Shown here: positions 11,161 through 24,650 of the stretch, one piece after another
Layout of the letters: each line of letters begins with the position of its first letter
Numbering within the stretch: the stretch's first letter is position 1
Origin: Negaprion brevirostris
Lineage: Eukaryota
Direction of reading: 5' to 3'
NCBI GenBank assembly: GCA_030324005.1
Contig: JARDVH010000031.1
Span: forward strand, 38,349,680 to 38,413,679
DNA: 64,000 bases
Notes under the pieces: model-generated
The model's input: only the letters and a program-made list of their open reading frames with translations
Told to the model about the DNA's origin: nothing
The model's database searches: none
Program-made: the position numbers and the translations under genes

Positions 11161-12413
11161 GTAATACTTTTATTATTATTCAATAAACAATTATTTAACT
11201 TTGCATTTAACGCTAGGTTTGAACAACTGCTATCAACTTTGGTATTTTGCCATCATGATAAGTTGTGCTGTGTTACAAAGTATAAAAAAATTACACGTTG
11301 TCAATGCCAATCTGATTTACAAACCCAACTTCTTGTTGTCATTCTCATTTTAACCTAAACAAAAAAACCCTTTAACATCAAAAATATTTACTTTGCAGGA
11401 AATGTTATTTTTTTAACCAATATTAGTTCCTCATATTTCAGCTGAATTTCAATTTGAAATTGCTCATTGTCATAATTGATACACTGCAAAAGGGATATAT
11501 AGAGCTACATTCAGTAAGTTGTATTCTAACATGAATTATGTAATGAGAAGTGGTTAAATTAACTCTCAGCTATCTGTCGTTCAATGATTGAATGCTGGAA
11601 ATATATATTTTAGTGGTGATTACTTGAATCAGTACTTTTGTTGCTCTCGTTTACTTCTGATTTTCCAATAAATTTTTTGATAAAGAACTCACAGGCAATA
11701 TTTCATAAAGGAACTTTGACGAGGGTCTTTTCCATTTTTAGCATTCATTTTCTTCCATTTTCATGACATCAACCTATCCTCATGTATTTACACTGCCTTG
11801 CAGATAGCAGTATGTGTTCACGTACGCTGGCATTTTTTTGCATAATATTGTGAATCTAGCAACTATATTAGTTCGAATAAACGCCTTCTCATGCAAATTG
11901 GAAGGATTACAGTTATGGATGAATTTATTTCCATCTATTGATTCCAATTCTAAAAACAATCTCTATCAAACTGGCTGAAAAATTTACCTGTTGTTGAAAA
12001 AGGATCAGAAAGGGCGTTTATTCTGCTGTCTGCAAGTCAGGTAAGAATTGTAATAACCTAGATATCCCCAAATCACAGGGACAGATTTTACATTCAAAAA
12101 TAACAAAATTCTTTCATGAGATCACTTTATGCTTTTTTCAAAATATACACTCTAATTTGATTTTTGAGAAGAAATTGCAACAGTCTGAAGAAGGAACAAA
12201 GAACGAGCGATTTTCCTGCTCAGAATCTTTAAAAAGAAAATGGTCTTGTGTTTATTCGAACAAATATGGTGAGTGAATTTTTTACAATATTTGTGAAAAA
12301 GCTGATGCATTAAGTTCATCATTTCATCATATTACAGATTTGTTCTAAATTTAATTCTTATAATGTTTTGAACTGGCTTTTAAGAAACTTCATACAAATT
12401 TTTTTTTTTGCAG

Positions 12414-15400
12414 AGTTGTTTTTTGGTGCTGGGACAGAATATTTGGAAAATCGAGAAAACCTGCGTGATGCATTTTCAGATGCCGAAGATTATTTAGATC
12501 AGGGAATGGTTTCTGCTGATCGTTGTGCAAGCAGAACATCTTCTATAAGTTCCTGGTCTGAGAATTTCAGGCCATCTTTCACTGAAAAGCTCAAATTCAA
12601 ATCTGTAATGGAAGGAGAACAAGCTATTTTTAAATGCAAGTTGGTTGCCAGCCCAGCACCAAAAATTGCATGGTTTCATAACAACAGACCTATATGTAAA
12701 GATTCAAGAAGGATTATTAAAATAGAAAGCGTAATGCACATTCACAACTCAAGTTTGGAAATCAATAATGTAGAAGAGAAAGATTCAGGGAGTTACAAAA
12801 TATTTGCAATAAACTCTGAGGGCTCAACAGAGGCAACTGCATCTTTACTCATTGCACTTAAAGAAGAGCAAAGTGCAAACTATCTGTGCTTTCTGAAAAG
12901 ATCAGAGATGGTTCACGAAAGTATAGACTCATTAGTTAAGAAGCGGGATGCAAGACTTAGAGTTGATCTCAGACATGTTGGATCACCCTTTGACAAGAAA
13001 TATCAGGTTCAAGGAGCTTTGCGTAAACATTCAAATTCTAAAAGCAAACTGATGCGTACAATGTATTTTGAAAGAACACCAATAAGGCATTATCTGTATA
13101 AGGACAGATCTGCAGAAATACAGTCATCTAGATTATCAGGGAGGGTTCTCGATAAGGATAGTTTGATTGATGAAGATATTAAAATTAAAATGCAGCTTTT
13201 ATTATAATACTGCAAAAGTGGGAAAAAAGAACTGAATCGAAAAATTCTTCAACAGAATGTGCAATTTATCCATCTCATCCTATTTTAATTAAAAAAATAA
13301 AAAATTTGAACAGAAAAATAAAGANNNNNNNNNNNNNNNNNNNNNNNNNNNNNNNNNNNNNNNNNNNNNNNNNNNNNNNNNNNNNNNNNNNNNNNNNNNN
13401 NNNNNNNNNNNNNNNNNNNNNNNNGCAGCAGAAGTATGGGAGATATTGATCACATGGATTTTGAACCTAGTAAGTCTTATTTTGTGCAAGGACAGGAGCT
13501 GTCTTCTGGTGACTATTTCCAGAGAGAGTCTCCTGAATTTCAGTGTCGAATGGAGCGGGTATCAGGACTTTCTCCGCAGGAAGTAGAACCACAAAGAGAC
13601 TTGAAAGAAAATTTTACTGAAGAATCTTCCAAAACAAAAGTCATAAAGTCATTACCAGAGCAATTTCTGAAAGGTAGTTTAATTCAAGAAACAGAACAAG
13701 CACAGGAAAGTCAGTGCTGGTTGGTAGAAGAGGAAACCGATGAATGCTATTTTCAGAAGCAATTTGATGAAAGAGAAGAACCACAGAGTGAACCTTGTGA
13801 AGAACCACAGACACTCTCTGACCAGTGGCTTGGAGGCTTTATTAGTATGCAAAGGGATATAATAACAAAGGGGCCTGGAGAGTTGTTTGAGCCTCCCACA
13901 CCAGCAGTTAGAGAAACACCAATAATTCAAGAAGCAGCAGAGCCTGAAGCCAGTGTTGAATACCCAGAGATTTTACAGAAGGAAAAAGAATTCCATCTGT
14001 TTGACAGAACACCAATAAAGCAAACTCCAGTGGAATTAAAAGAATGTCCAAGTAAATCTGAGTTGAAGGAAGACCATGAGATATTTTCTGACCAGTGGTC
14101 TGAAAGTTTGGTAAGTGTGCAGAACTCATTAGCAAAGGAAACTGAAAAGAACCAGTCAATGTTTGACTATTCCAAAGCAACTGAGATAAGTGGATCCAGA
14201 TTTGGTGAACAAGATGACATGGTGAAAGAATCTACACAAAAACAGATGCCTTCTCCTTTAATAGAAGAAAAAGAAGCCTCCACTCTTTTCAGAACATCAT
14301 TTGATGATAACACTACGGAAATAAGCAAAATTTCATGCAGAGTTGAAGACAAAGAAGACCCCAATGCACCTTTTGACAGATGGTCTGGGAATGTCTTAGT
14401 AAAACAGGGGTTTGGATTTGACCACATAATCATTGATCCAACAAAATCCACTTTCGAGGAAAGTGAGATCAGTGTCTCTAAAATCAACCAAAAAGCAGCA
14501 CAATTTGAAAATGAAGATTATACCCAGATGATAACATCCTCTACTTTGCCAGAGAAAATAGAAACCTCAGAATTTGTCAGTTCCTTGGTGAAAGAAATAC
14601 CAAAAGAGGTGAAGCATATTCCATTTAAATCTGACAAGGTGAACTATGGGACAGCTGTGGAACATTGGCCTGAGAGATTCATTAGTGTACCCAGTGACTT
14701 ACTAACTCAAAAACCTGAAGATGGTCATAAAATATCTGACCAACCTGCATCAGCAGTCAGGCAGGCAGAGGTAGTTAGTATGTCCAAAATCAGGCATAAA
14801 ACCCCACAAGATGAAGCACAGTTTACAGATTCCAACCATGTTGTGAGACATTCTCCCCTGATAGCAAAAATAAAAGAAACATCAACTTTTACTAGAACAG
14901 TGATAAAACAAACTCCAGAGGATATAAAAGAACCTCCATATAAATCTGTTGTTGAAGAAGAACATGAGTCACCTTTTGATAAAAGGCGAGGAAGATTTAT
15001 TTGTGTGGAGAAAGACTTTCCAGCAACAAAATATGAAGATAGCCACAAAATCCCACTGACTGATAAAGGCAGATCAGCAGTAGATCATGCAGAGGTGATT
15101 GATTTATCTAAACTCAGTGAAAAAGAGCAGCATAAAGGCAAGGTTGAAGAATTCACTACAATACTAAGACCTTGCATACCAGAAAAGAAAGAAACTTCAA
15201 TATTTGTCAGTTCACCCATAAGTAAAAGAGCAACAGAAATAAGAGAACCTCCATATAAACCTGAAGTGAAGGATAGTCACCAGATACCTCCAGAGCAATT
15301 TGTCGGAGGTTCTGTTGGTCTGATGAGGGATTTTGTAACTGAAAAGTGTGAAGATACCAATGGAACAACCAATAGGCCCATACCATTACTCAAACAAATA

Positions 15401-16490
15401 GAGACAACTAGCATATCTAAAATCAGTCAAAAAGAGTCACACCCTCTAGGTATGGTTACAAGCACCACCCAGATAATACACACAGAACCAGAGAGCAAAA
15501 TTGAATCAAGCTTTTTCATTTCTTTGAAGAAAGAAACAGCAATGGATTCCCCAAAAGAACCTGCATATGAATTTGGACATATGGAAGATCATGGAACAGC
15601 AGATGACCGACAGGCTAGCTTTCTAACTGAGAAACCTGAAGAGAGTCATGAAATGTATAACCAACCTAAATTTACAGAAACACAGGCTGAGATGGTTAGT
15701 GTAGCTAAAATCAAACAAAAAGAGCCACAATATGAAGCAAAGATTGTGCATTCCACATGGATGGTGAAGCCGCCTTCTTTATCAGATGAAATGGAAACTT
15801 CAACTTATTTAAGTTCATTGAAAATTCCAACTCCAATAGACAAAATAGAATCTCTTGAAAAAGCAGAAATTAAGGAAGACCCTGAGACAGCTGTTGAAAG
15901 TTTTGCCATTATGCACAGAGACTTCCTGACAGAGAACCTGGAAGGTGACCATGGAATAATTAATCAATCGGCAGATAGAGATATAGCAAAGATTAGCACA
16001 TCTGAAATTAGTCAGAAAGAATCACAACAAGAATGGAAAGTTAAATGTTCTACCCAAACAGTGAGACCTTCTCCTTCAACAGAGGAAAATAAAACTTCAA
16101 ATTTCTTCAGTTCATTAGTGGATGAGACACCAATACAAATACAAGAACATCAAAATAATTTTTTAGCTACCAAAGAATCTCCAAAACAAGAGCCTCCGAC
16201 AATTAAACATTGCCCACCTGGATTTCTCCATCATGTTGCATCTACTAAAATTAAGCAAGGAGACTTGTGTGTGCTTGAGTGCCAATTTCAAGGACACCCA
16301 CAACCTACTGTAACTTGGTACAAGGATGAACGCCCAATTCAACGAAATATGGGCTATACTATTCACTCCATGGAAAACCAATCTACATTGAGTATTGGAT
16401 GCACATGCAAAGAAAATGAAGGAGTATATACATGTGTAATATTCAACCAATATGGAACTGCAAGTACATCTGGCAGCCTTACGATACAAG
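12414..16490 (+). CDS. TTN: Novex-3 part 1 (Ig I18-like, repeat-rich unique region, Ig I19-like); apparent break at 13200-13424 beside an N gap
   Basis: ttttgcag|AG TTG TTT; RDAFSDAED, SRTSSISSW, AWFHNNRPI and AINSEGS match Novex-3; ends CAA G|gtaaga. Confidence 0.85.
13780..16150 (+). repeat. Degenerate coding tandem repeat of ~96-108 aa, about 6 clear plus 2 weak units
   Basis: Recurring S-K-I-x-Q/H-K anchors at 14477, 14783, 15107, 15416, 15704 and 16001, each followed by E-T-S-x-F and EPPYK/EDH-like motifs. Confidence 0.8.
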
Positions 16491-16598
16491 GTAAGATTCT
16501 TAATGCTTTATTTATGAAATTATTTTCTTAAATATGTTTTTGCAACATATTTTATGAATGATGACTTCAAATTAATGAAAAATATTTTTATTTTCCAG

Positions 16599-19500
16599 AA
16601 CCAGAACTGTTTGAAGAATCTTTGAAAAGGTTTGACATACATGTTATTGAAGTGCCAGAGAACTATACTGAAGAAGATGATGTTGACCAGTTGCTTGAAA
16701 ATGAGATGGAGTCTTATTTTCCACCATTTACTGTAACAAAATCCACTTTGCAATTACCAAAAATTGCAGTACCGCGACCTTGTCCTGTAAATTTATCTTT
16801 GCTTTCTTCTCCTGTTGAAATTAAAATAACGGCTCCAACTCCAACACCAGAGCAAGATGAAGAACGGAAAGAGTTACTTCAAGAAGATGAATCTGATTCC
16901 AAGCATTCATCTCCAGAACTGTCCTCTCAGACCTCAAAGCACAAATTTACATTTTCTTTTGATGTAATTTCTGAACCCCCACAAGTTTTAAAAGAATTAG
17001 ATAAGATTTGTTGTGCAGAAGGAGAATCGGTGATGTTTGAATGCCTAATTTCTGGAGAGCCAACACCTTTTGTTACATGGACCCAAAATGACAGAGTTTT
17101 AACTTATGATAATAGCAAGCACCGATTTGAAGAGAGTGGAGGAATGTATAGGTTATACATTGATGATGTTTCAGAATCTGATGTGGGGAACTATAAGTGT
17201 GTGGCTAAAAATAAAGCTGGACAAGTACAGAGCGCATCTAGTCTTACAATAGAGCCCACAATGCATAGTTTTGTTTGCCATCTGAAGGATATTGAGCCAT
17301 ATGGTGAGGAGGCAGAGCCGTCTGTCAGCCGTTTTCTCCTCAATTTAAGTAAAATGGGACAAGAAGGTATTGAGCAGCAAGAACAATTATCAGTACAGGA
17401 AGGGCATGTGGACACTTCTCCTTTATATAGCAGAAAAGAACAAACATTAGGTCTAATTTCTGAATCTGGAGACTCTTTGATTTCCACTGCTGATAAATTT
17501 TCGAGTAAAGTTTCATCTTTAAAGGAAGAGGGCATTGAAGCAATAATAGGTTCAAATACTTCCTTTTCTGATGAAATTTCATCTTTGTGGGAGGAAAGCA
17601 ATAAAATAGTCTCAGATTCAACAACTTCCTTTCCTGATGAATGTTTGAGTAAATGTTCATCTTTAACAGAAATTAGTAAAAATGTAGGTCAAAAAATGCC
17701 AGATATAGCAGCAGAACAAGCATATTCTATTAGCGAGTATCTGCGCTCTCTTGATGAAGACCAGAAGGTGCATGAAGCTTGGAAAATGGAAGAGAAAACG
17801 GAACCAAAAGGGGACAAATGTGACTCTGTGAGCGAAATGTATGAGGATAGTATATTTCCAGAAAGTGTATTTAAGCAAGTTGCAGAAAGTCCCAGAGCAG
17901 AAACAGAAGGGAACGGATCAGAGATGAAGTCAAGTGGTAACTCCATAACCCCTGAACCCATTTGTGAAATAAATGTCAATCTAGCAGAAACAGTTTCTAG
18001 GAAAGATGAGGAAGATGAAAATGTTTCCATAGCACGATATCTCCTTACTGCAAGACAGGAAGAAGAACCAATTCATGAAGAGGCAAATAATGAGGCATTT
18101 GGGTACGATGAATCTGGGATAACTTCGATGGAGATTGAGGAAGTAACGTTCGGTGCTGTTTATGACTATTATAATCAAAATGAAGAGTGGGTACGCTCTC
18201 TATCCCCTGAATCCGAAATGTCAATTGAAATTAGCAGTACAATTAGTGATGATGTAGCAGAGAATGGAAGATTTTATACACCACCCTTGGCTTCTGATAA
18301 TTTCAAATCTGCTGTGTCTGCAGAGTCATTCCATACCCCACCACAATCTCCTGGCTATGTGACTCCTCCAGAGAGATTGCCTCCACTTAATGTTGTGGGT
18401 AGGTCCCCTTCTGGCGCTTTGCTAGAGAGGTTTTATACACCACCTGAATATTTCAGATCCCCGATAGATGAGGGTATTGAAACAACACCTCTTGAATATA
18501 TAAGTCTAGCTGCTGAGGAGCAAAGATCAGAGTTATTTTCAACTCCTGCACAGGAAGCTGAAGCAAAAGGAAATGAAACACCGCCAGCATTTATCAAACC
18601 TCTTGTCAGAAAAAAGATCTATGAAGGAGGCACACTTACATTTATCACTGAGGTAATTGGTTGCCCAGTTCCAAATGTTAAGTGGTATAGAAGGAAATCA
18701 TTATTGGAACCAGACCATAGAACTAGACTTGAAAGAGAAGGAGGTTTGTGTATATTGGTAATTCATAGCATCCAGAGAGAGGATGAGGGAGAGTACATTT
18801 GCAATGCTGTCAACATCATCGGAGAAGCCAAAACTGTTACTCAGGTGGATGTTTTACCACAAAATGGAAGGCCAATTGCATTGCCACCCCCAGTGACTCA
18901 TCAACATGTTATAGAATTTGATGTGCAACAAGGCCAGACATCAAGAACTCCTTCACCTCAGGAAATTCTTCTGGAAGTTGAACTTGATGAACATGAAGTG
19001 AAGGAATTTGAAAAACAGATAAAGATTATTACAATTCCGGAATTCACCCCTGACAATAAAAACATGATTATCTCCTTGGATGTCCTTCCTATGATGATTG
19101 CTGAAGAACAAAACATTGATTTTGTAACAAAAGAAAATGAAGATGTGAAAATTAATTTTGAAGCCACTGAAACACCCCCACAATTTATTAGTCATAATTT
19201 TGACCTTGAAATTCCAGAAAACGCTGATGCAGTCTTTGAATGCTCAGTGACAGGTATTCCTACCCCTGAAATAATGTGGTTCAGAGATGATTCACTCATA
19301 ACTTCAGATGGCAAGAAGTACATCCGAACAGATAATCCTAGTCACAGTCTCAAAATAACCAATGTTTGTCCTTCTGACAATGGCATATACAGTTGCAAGG
19401 CAGTGAATAGTGCTGGAGAAACAACATGTAGAGGCTACCTTGCAGTGACAAATTCAAATGTGGCACTTACAAAATCTGGTGCTAGAGCAGTGGTAGTACA

Positions 19501-20178
19501 ATTGGATAGTGCCCAAAAAGGTCCTCAGCAATTAGATGTTGATGTTGGTAATTCTTTACTGCAAAGCAATCAGAGTTCAGAAATTGAGGTTGAGTTTGAT
19601 TTTGAGCAAGGCACAGATGATTCTCAGAAATTGTTGAAACTCATAGCAGTAACCGAGACNNNNNNNNNNNNNNNNNNNNNNNNNNNNNNNNNNNNNNNNN
19701 NNNNNNNNNNNNNNNNNNNNNNNNNNNNNNNNNNNNNNNNNNNNNNNNNNNNNNNNNNNGAAATGAAGAAAAGGGAGAGAAATGTGTAAACATCAATTTT
19801 GATGTATTTGGTGAGCCTGCCAAGGAGGAAACTATTCAGTTTAAAGCAGAGGCTTCTGAAAACTGTTCATTTGAATTTCAAGTGACAGAAACTCCACCAA
19901 AGTTTGAAATAGCCCTCGTAGACTGTACCGCAACTGTTGGGAACTCAGCATCTTTTCAATGCCTTGTGACTGGTACTCCAAAACCTAATGTAATGTGGTG
20001 TATGAATGACAGAATGATTGAAGGTGCTAACTACGTCATTGAGGAAAAAGAATCTGGACACCATTATTTGAACATTGCAAATGTTCAAGAAAGTGATGCT
20101 GGAGTATATAAGTCCAAAGCTGTTAACAAAGCTGGGAGTGCAATCTCAGGAGCTATTTTAAAAGTACTTAATTTGTAA
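16599..20178 (+). CDS. TTN: Novex-3 part 2, alternative terminal exon (four Ig domains, stop TAA 20176-20178); 100-N gap at 19660-19759
   Basis: ttttccag|AA CCA GAA; ITSMEIEEVTF, ALPPPVTHQHVIEFD and RTPSPQEILLEVEL match Novex-3; frame resumes after the gap (NEEKGEKC...FEFQVTETPPKF). Confidence 0.9.
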
Positions 20179-20284
20179 AATAGTACTTTTCTTCTGAATA
20201 TCTTTGAATAATGATGCATTTGTTTTTGATTTATGGTGCATTTATGAATTTGCTAAATACAAACTTAAAAATTTCTTACTACTA

Positions 20285-20290
20285 AATAAA
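20285..20290 (+). terminator. Candidate polyadenylation signal of the Novex-3 isoform
   Basis: AATAAA 107 nt after the stop, followed by a U/GU-rich tract (cttacttgtagttgttg). Confidence 0.6.
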
Positions 20291-20859
20291 ATTATCATAT
20301 CTTACTTGTAGTTGTTGAAAAGGTGGTTCATTTTTAGAGTTGATTTATAATAATTGTACCTTGCAATGGTTTATCAGCAGTGGAACTTTAATTTGTGATT
20401 TTTAAAATATTAGCTGAAAAGTCACTATTACAAAAATAATAATGGTTTTAGAATAGAAGTATAAAAAAACCTAGGTGAGGTCAAAGGTGTTGAAAAATAT
20501 TGATAACAAGCTATTCTAGATCAAACAAGATGACTATTAATGGCTTGGTTGGCATCTTTAAACATGAGATTTTCTGCTCCCCATGGCGCATTTTGCAGTG
20601 GCAGAGGCGGCCCAGCATTGCCAAACAGCAGGATCTTCCAGTCCCACTGCTGTCAACAAGGTTTCCTGTTGTCTGCATGCTCTGCCGCTGGTAAACCCAC
20701 AGTGGAAATCACTGGAAGATCTTGCAGGCGGGAATAGCCGAGAAATGTATTGAAGGACTGTCTTGTTGAATTTAGCACTACAGTTTGAAGTAAACCCAAT
20801 CAATATCCATATGTACATGCACTTATTTGTTTTGCAATTCCTTTGCAGTAAGTTATCAC

Positions 20860-21134
20860 ACTGGCTAGCATTGTTGCCTCACAGTGCCAGATACCTGGGT
20901 TCAATTCCTGGGTGGGGCGACTGTCTATGCAGAATCTGTACATTCTCCCCGTGTCTACATGGGTTTCCTCCAGGTGTTCTGGTTTCCTCTCACAGTATGA
21001 AAAGACACGCTGGTTAGGTAGCCAAGCTAAATCCTCCCTTAGCGTACCCAAACAGACGCCAGAGTGTGGCAACTAGGGGATTTTCACAATAACACGTAAG
21101 CCCACTTGTGACACTAATAAGTAAACTTAAACTT
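20860..21134 (+). mobile_element. HE1-related V-SINE (tail type CTTGTGACACTAATAA)
   Basis: tRNA-derived head GCTAGCATTGTTGCCTCACAG..GGTTCAATTCC and V-domain GGGTTTCCTCCAGGTG. Confidence 0.85.
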
Positions 21135-24100
21135 ATCATTGGCAATGACCTTCCCTGATTTCTTGGGTGATCTACTTTCAAAGACACTATCCAAACTACT
21201 TTGAAAATGCTGTAGCGCTGCAGGAAAATTCTGTCATTCTGAATTCTTTGGCCCAATACCTTGCTTCTGCATGAGGCTGTGACTGACAAGTCAATTCTCT
21301 CATGCAGAGGCCAAGGTGCTAATCTCATCAGAGGTTTGCATTCAAACACACATCCTTCAGTGATAGGTGCTGCTCTTAATGTGCTTTCTGGAAATATTCA
21401 CTTCAAAGTGCATGCTTGTGTTTCATTGAAAGATTAGTTAAGATATTGAAATCTTATTAAGTGAGCATTTATCCTATTTGACATACAATAGCTGAATACT
21501 TTTGTTAACATTTAAGATAATTAAAGATGTGAACTAAGATGTGATTCATTGTTAATTCTTTGAAGACTATCATTTTCCACAGCAGAAAACATTTCATACA
21601 GCATGTTAGGTTGAAAAATTTAACTAAGGAAAAGAGTATCAGAAGAATTTTTTAAAAATTTTATATTGTAATAGGCCGAAATAAATGCCCAGTTTGACAG
21701 TAATGTTGAGTACATTCTGTTTGATATAAGTAGCATTTGACTGAATAACATTCAATCCCTAAAGCAGCGATTAAGTTATGAGGCCACATTACCTGAACGG
21801 TTTGAAGTTGTTTCTATCTGGATTCTGCTCTGTTTCCTTCTGGCACCACTGTAGGTTTAGACTTACGTGTGGTTTAGAAGGTATTTTAATTTAAAGGCTT
21901 GAAATTCATGTTAATGATACTAGAGGAAAATCACTAAACATGCTGATTTGACATATGTCTGCCCAGCATGTTAAGAGGGTCATTAATCCCATTTATTTTA
22001 GCTGGTCTAATGCCGCAATTAAAATGCCCAGAGCAATGTCAGATCAACATGTTAAAGATTTATTTGCTAATATTACCAACAGCAATTTCTTGTCCAATAT
22101 TTTGTTATTGGGAAACTAGTACCTGATAACTTTAGGCATTGTGGAATTGCCATTTTGTGAAACTATTTGATACTATGGAGATCAAGCTGAGGGATTGTGA
22201 TAGAAAGAACTGAAAGTGGTGCCAATTGTCATGTGAAGGACGAGGATGGATATGCTTATGATTATGGACCACAGTTCTTGAAGGAATTTATGCACCAGGA
22301 CAGAGCTACTCCAGCGACATGACAGGATAGTTTCTGTTGGCTATAATTTAGAGAGATTCTTGAAGCTTTGGTAAGTATGGTTTCAATTATGGTATACCTC
22401 TGCTTTTGCTCATTGTTATAATTTCCATTTAGATCTCATGTGTGCACTACTTTGCAGCTAAGGTAGAGAAGAGCTTGCTTTGTCCCAGCTGTTTTTGGTT
22501 ATATAGGGCACAAAGTCCATGCGACTCTTTACCTAGATTTCTTATCAATCAGAAAATATTTGGCAGTCCTACCTTTCCTTTTTTCTGTCTTTATTGTTTC
22601 AGAAATCCCATGTTTATCCACTGTTGTGCTCTACTCTATTGCAGTTTATTGGAGTACTGGTGTACTATGTCGCCACATTGGCCAGATGTTCAACATTTGG
22701 TTTATTCAGTGTTTTACTTGTCATTCTGTTGTTGCTAACGTTAAGGCCAATGTCTGTTGGGGGTGTGGGGGAGGGGGGGGGCGGGGGGCAGAAGAGCTTG
22801 AGAGATGGTTCAGAGCTGTAAGTGCAATGTGTAGGATTAAGGATTCATTTCATGGAGTTGCAAAACTTACTGATTGTGTTACCACATTTGCTTTTGGAGG
22901 GAGTAAGCTCTGTGCCCCAATGTATTTTAATGTGCCCTAAGAATTATTATCAAATATGTCAGTTGAATCTTTTAAGCAGTTTCCATAATAGTGAAAGTAG
23001 AGCAGTCAACATGTATATTCAGTAAACCTAAAGACTATGACCTTATCATAATACTGATAATTTCAGTGTCATTGTAAAGTTACAATGAGACTGAGTCTTT
23101 AATGAGTTTGCAGATAATCACATTGTATCTATATGTGAGTCACATCTTTGAGTATCATTTTAATATTTACTTTTAACTTGTTATTTTTAATGGTAGAATT
23201 AAGCTTTTCTATTGTAATCAATGTTTAATATTTGTGCAAAACATGTAAATTGTTTAGTAGTGAAGGAGGAGCTTTGGTGGTTTGATTTGTACAAACGTCA
23301 AAATAAAAAAAATTGTACCTTTCACAACATAAACATACATCAACATTTTAGTCAACATATTTATCAGTTATGTTCTTGCAATGCAACAGTCTAATTGTGA
23401 AAGCATGTGTTGTTTACTATCATTTATCTGCCCCATTTACATGATTTATGATGTGATGAATGAAAAAAGTTAGTCTTCCATCTTGGTGAGAAGTTCTTTA
23501 ATACAGACATCATTCATTCCTTGTACAGGTTTCTGTTGCTGTATATCATAATTGTTTCACGTGCTCTATGGGTGGTTATTTGATGATAGTTTGGTTTTGG
23601 TATAGTAATAATATGATTGATATATATGGCATATTTCCTTTCACTTAACCTGTCCTGTCCTGAGACAGCTGCTCATGCTATGATGCAGTTCCACAGGCCC
23701 CCTAGTACCTTGCCCATCTGAATGTTTAATAATGATCTGTGAATTTTGGTAAATTATTTGAGTGTTGGCCAACATGGCAAATGTTGTTCTGCACTTAACT
23801 GATGGCTACACACACATGGCTGAATACCTTGGTTCCTGGGTTTTGGTAACAGGAGCAGTGGTAGAGCTGGTAAACTAGCAGAAGCAATGTTGAGATGCCT
23901 CCCCTTCGCTGACCCATTGTGGGACAGGTTTTCCAATGGTGGGCTGCAAGACAGTTGGCAAACTGCTCCATGGAGGCCAGCAACTAAGTTCCATACACAG
24001 GGCCCAATTAAAGGCCATTTTACAGATCCATCACCATTTACTAGTGGCAGGTAGGCCCCCATTGAATGGAGAGTCTGCCAATTTCCAGGAGCTGGCCCTT

Positions 24101-24444
24101 CAGCTTTGCCTGAAGGGGCCTTCAGAGCCAGAAGTACAAAAGGCAGCCCAAACACCCCTAACAATCCTCTGGAGTAATTTTGTTCTGTAATCGGTGTGGC
24201 CAGTTGCTGTCATCCCTCCCAAAGTTTAATTTTACTTACCTCTCTGAGGCTCCTTCGCTTTCAATCACCTCAACAGCTATGTCTTGCCTCAGCGNNNNNN
24301 NNNNNNNNNNNNNNNNNNNNNNNNNNNNNNNNNNNNNNNNNNNNNNNNNNNNNNNNNNNNNNNNNNNNNNNNNNNNNNNNNNNNNNNNNNNNNNCCCCCC
24401 TCCATTTCAGTGAATTAAGTGTGAGTAATTGAATGTTCACTTAC

Positions 24445-24650
24445 CCAGGCATCCATCGCTGGTACTGCAGGGCAGTCCTCTGGTGGAGGCCATAGGCATT
24501 GACCACTCTGGTGACTTCCTCCCATGCAGGATTGATCAGATGGTTCAGCCTCCTCCTTTCATCGTCGGGAACGTGACATCCCGCCTGGCCTCCATTGCAT
24601 TGAGCAGCGAGCGGACTGAGGGAAGCATGGCTGAATCTGGAGACTGGAGC
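24445..24650 (-). mobile_element. Harbinger-associated Myb/SANT-like ORF fragment
   Basis: Minus-strand peptides LLNAMEARRDVTFP and WEEVTRVVNA...RTALQ resemble the Harbinger DNA-binding protein. Confidence 0.55.

Noticed and set aside
12037-12046. Perfect-looking donor CAG|GTAAGA
   Set aside because: No plausible in-frame acceptor or ATG upstream (stop at 11995), so unsupported as an exon end.
19660-19789. Apparent frameshift or stop near the end of Novex-3
   Set aside because: Caused by a 100-N placeholder gap; the coding frame continues cleanly from 19762 to 20178.
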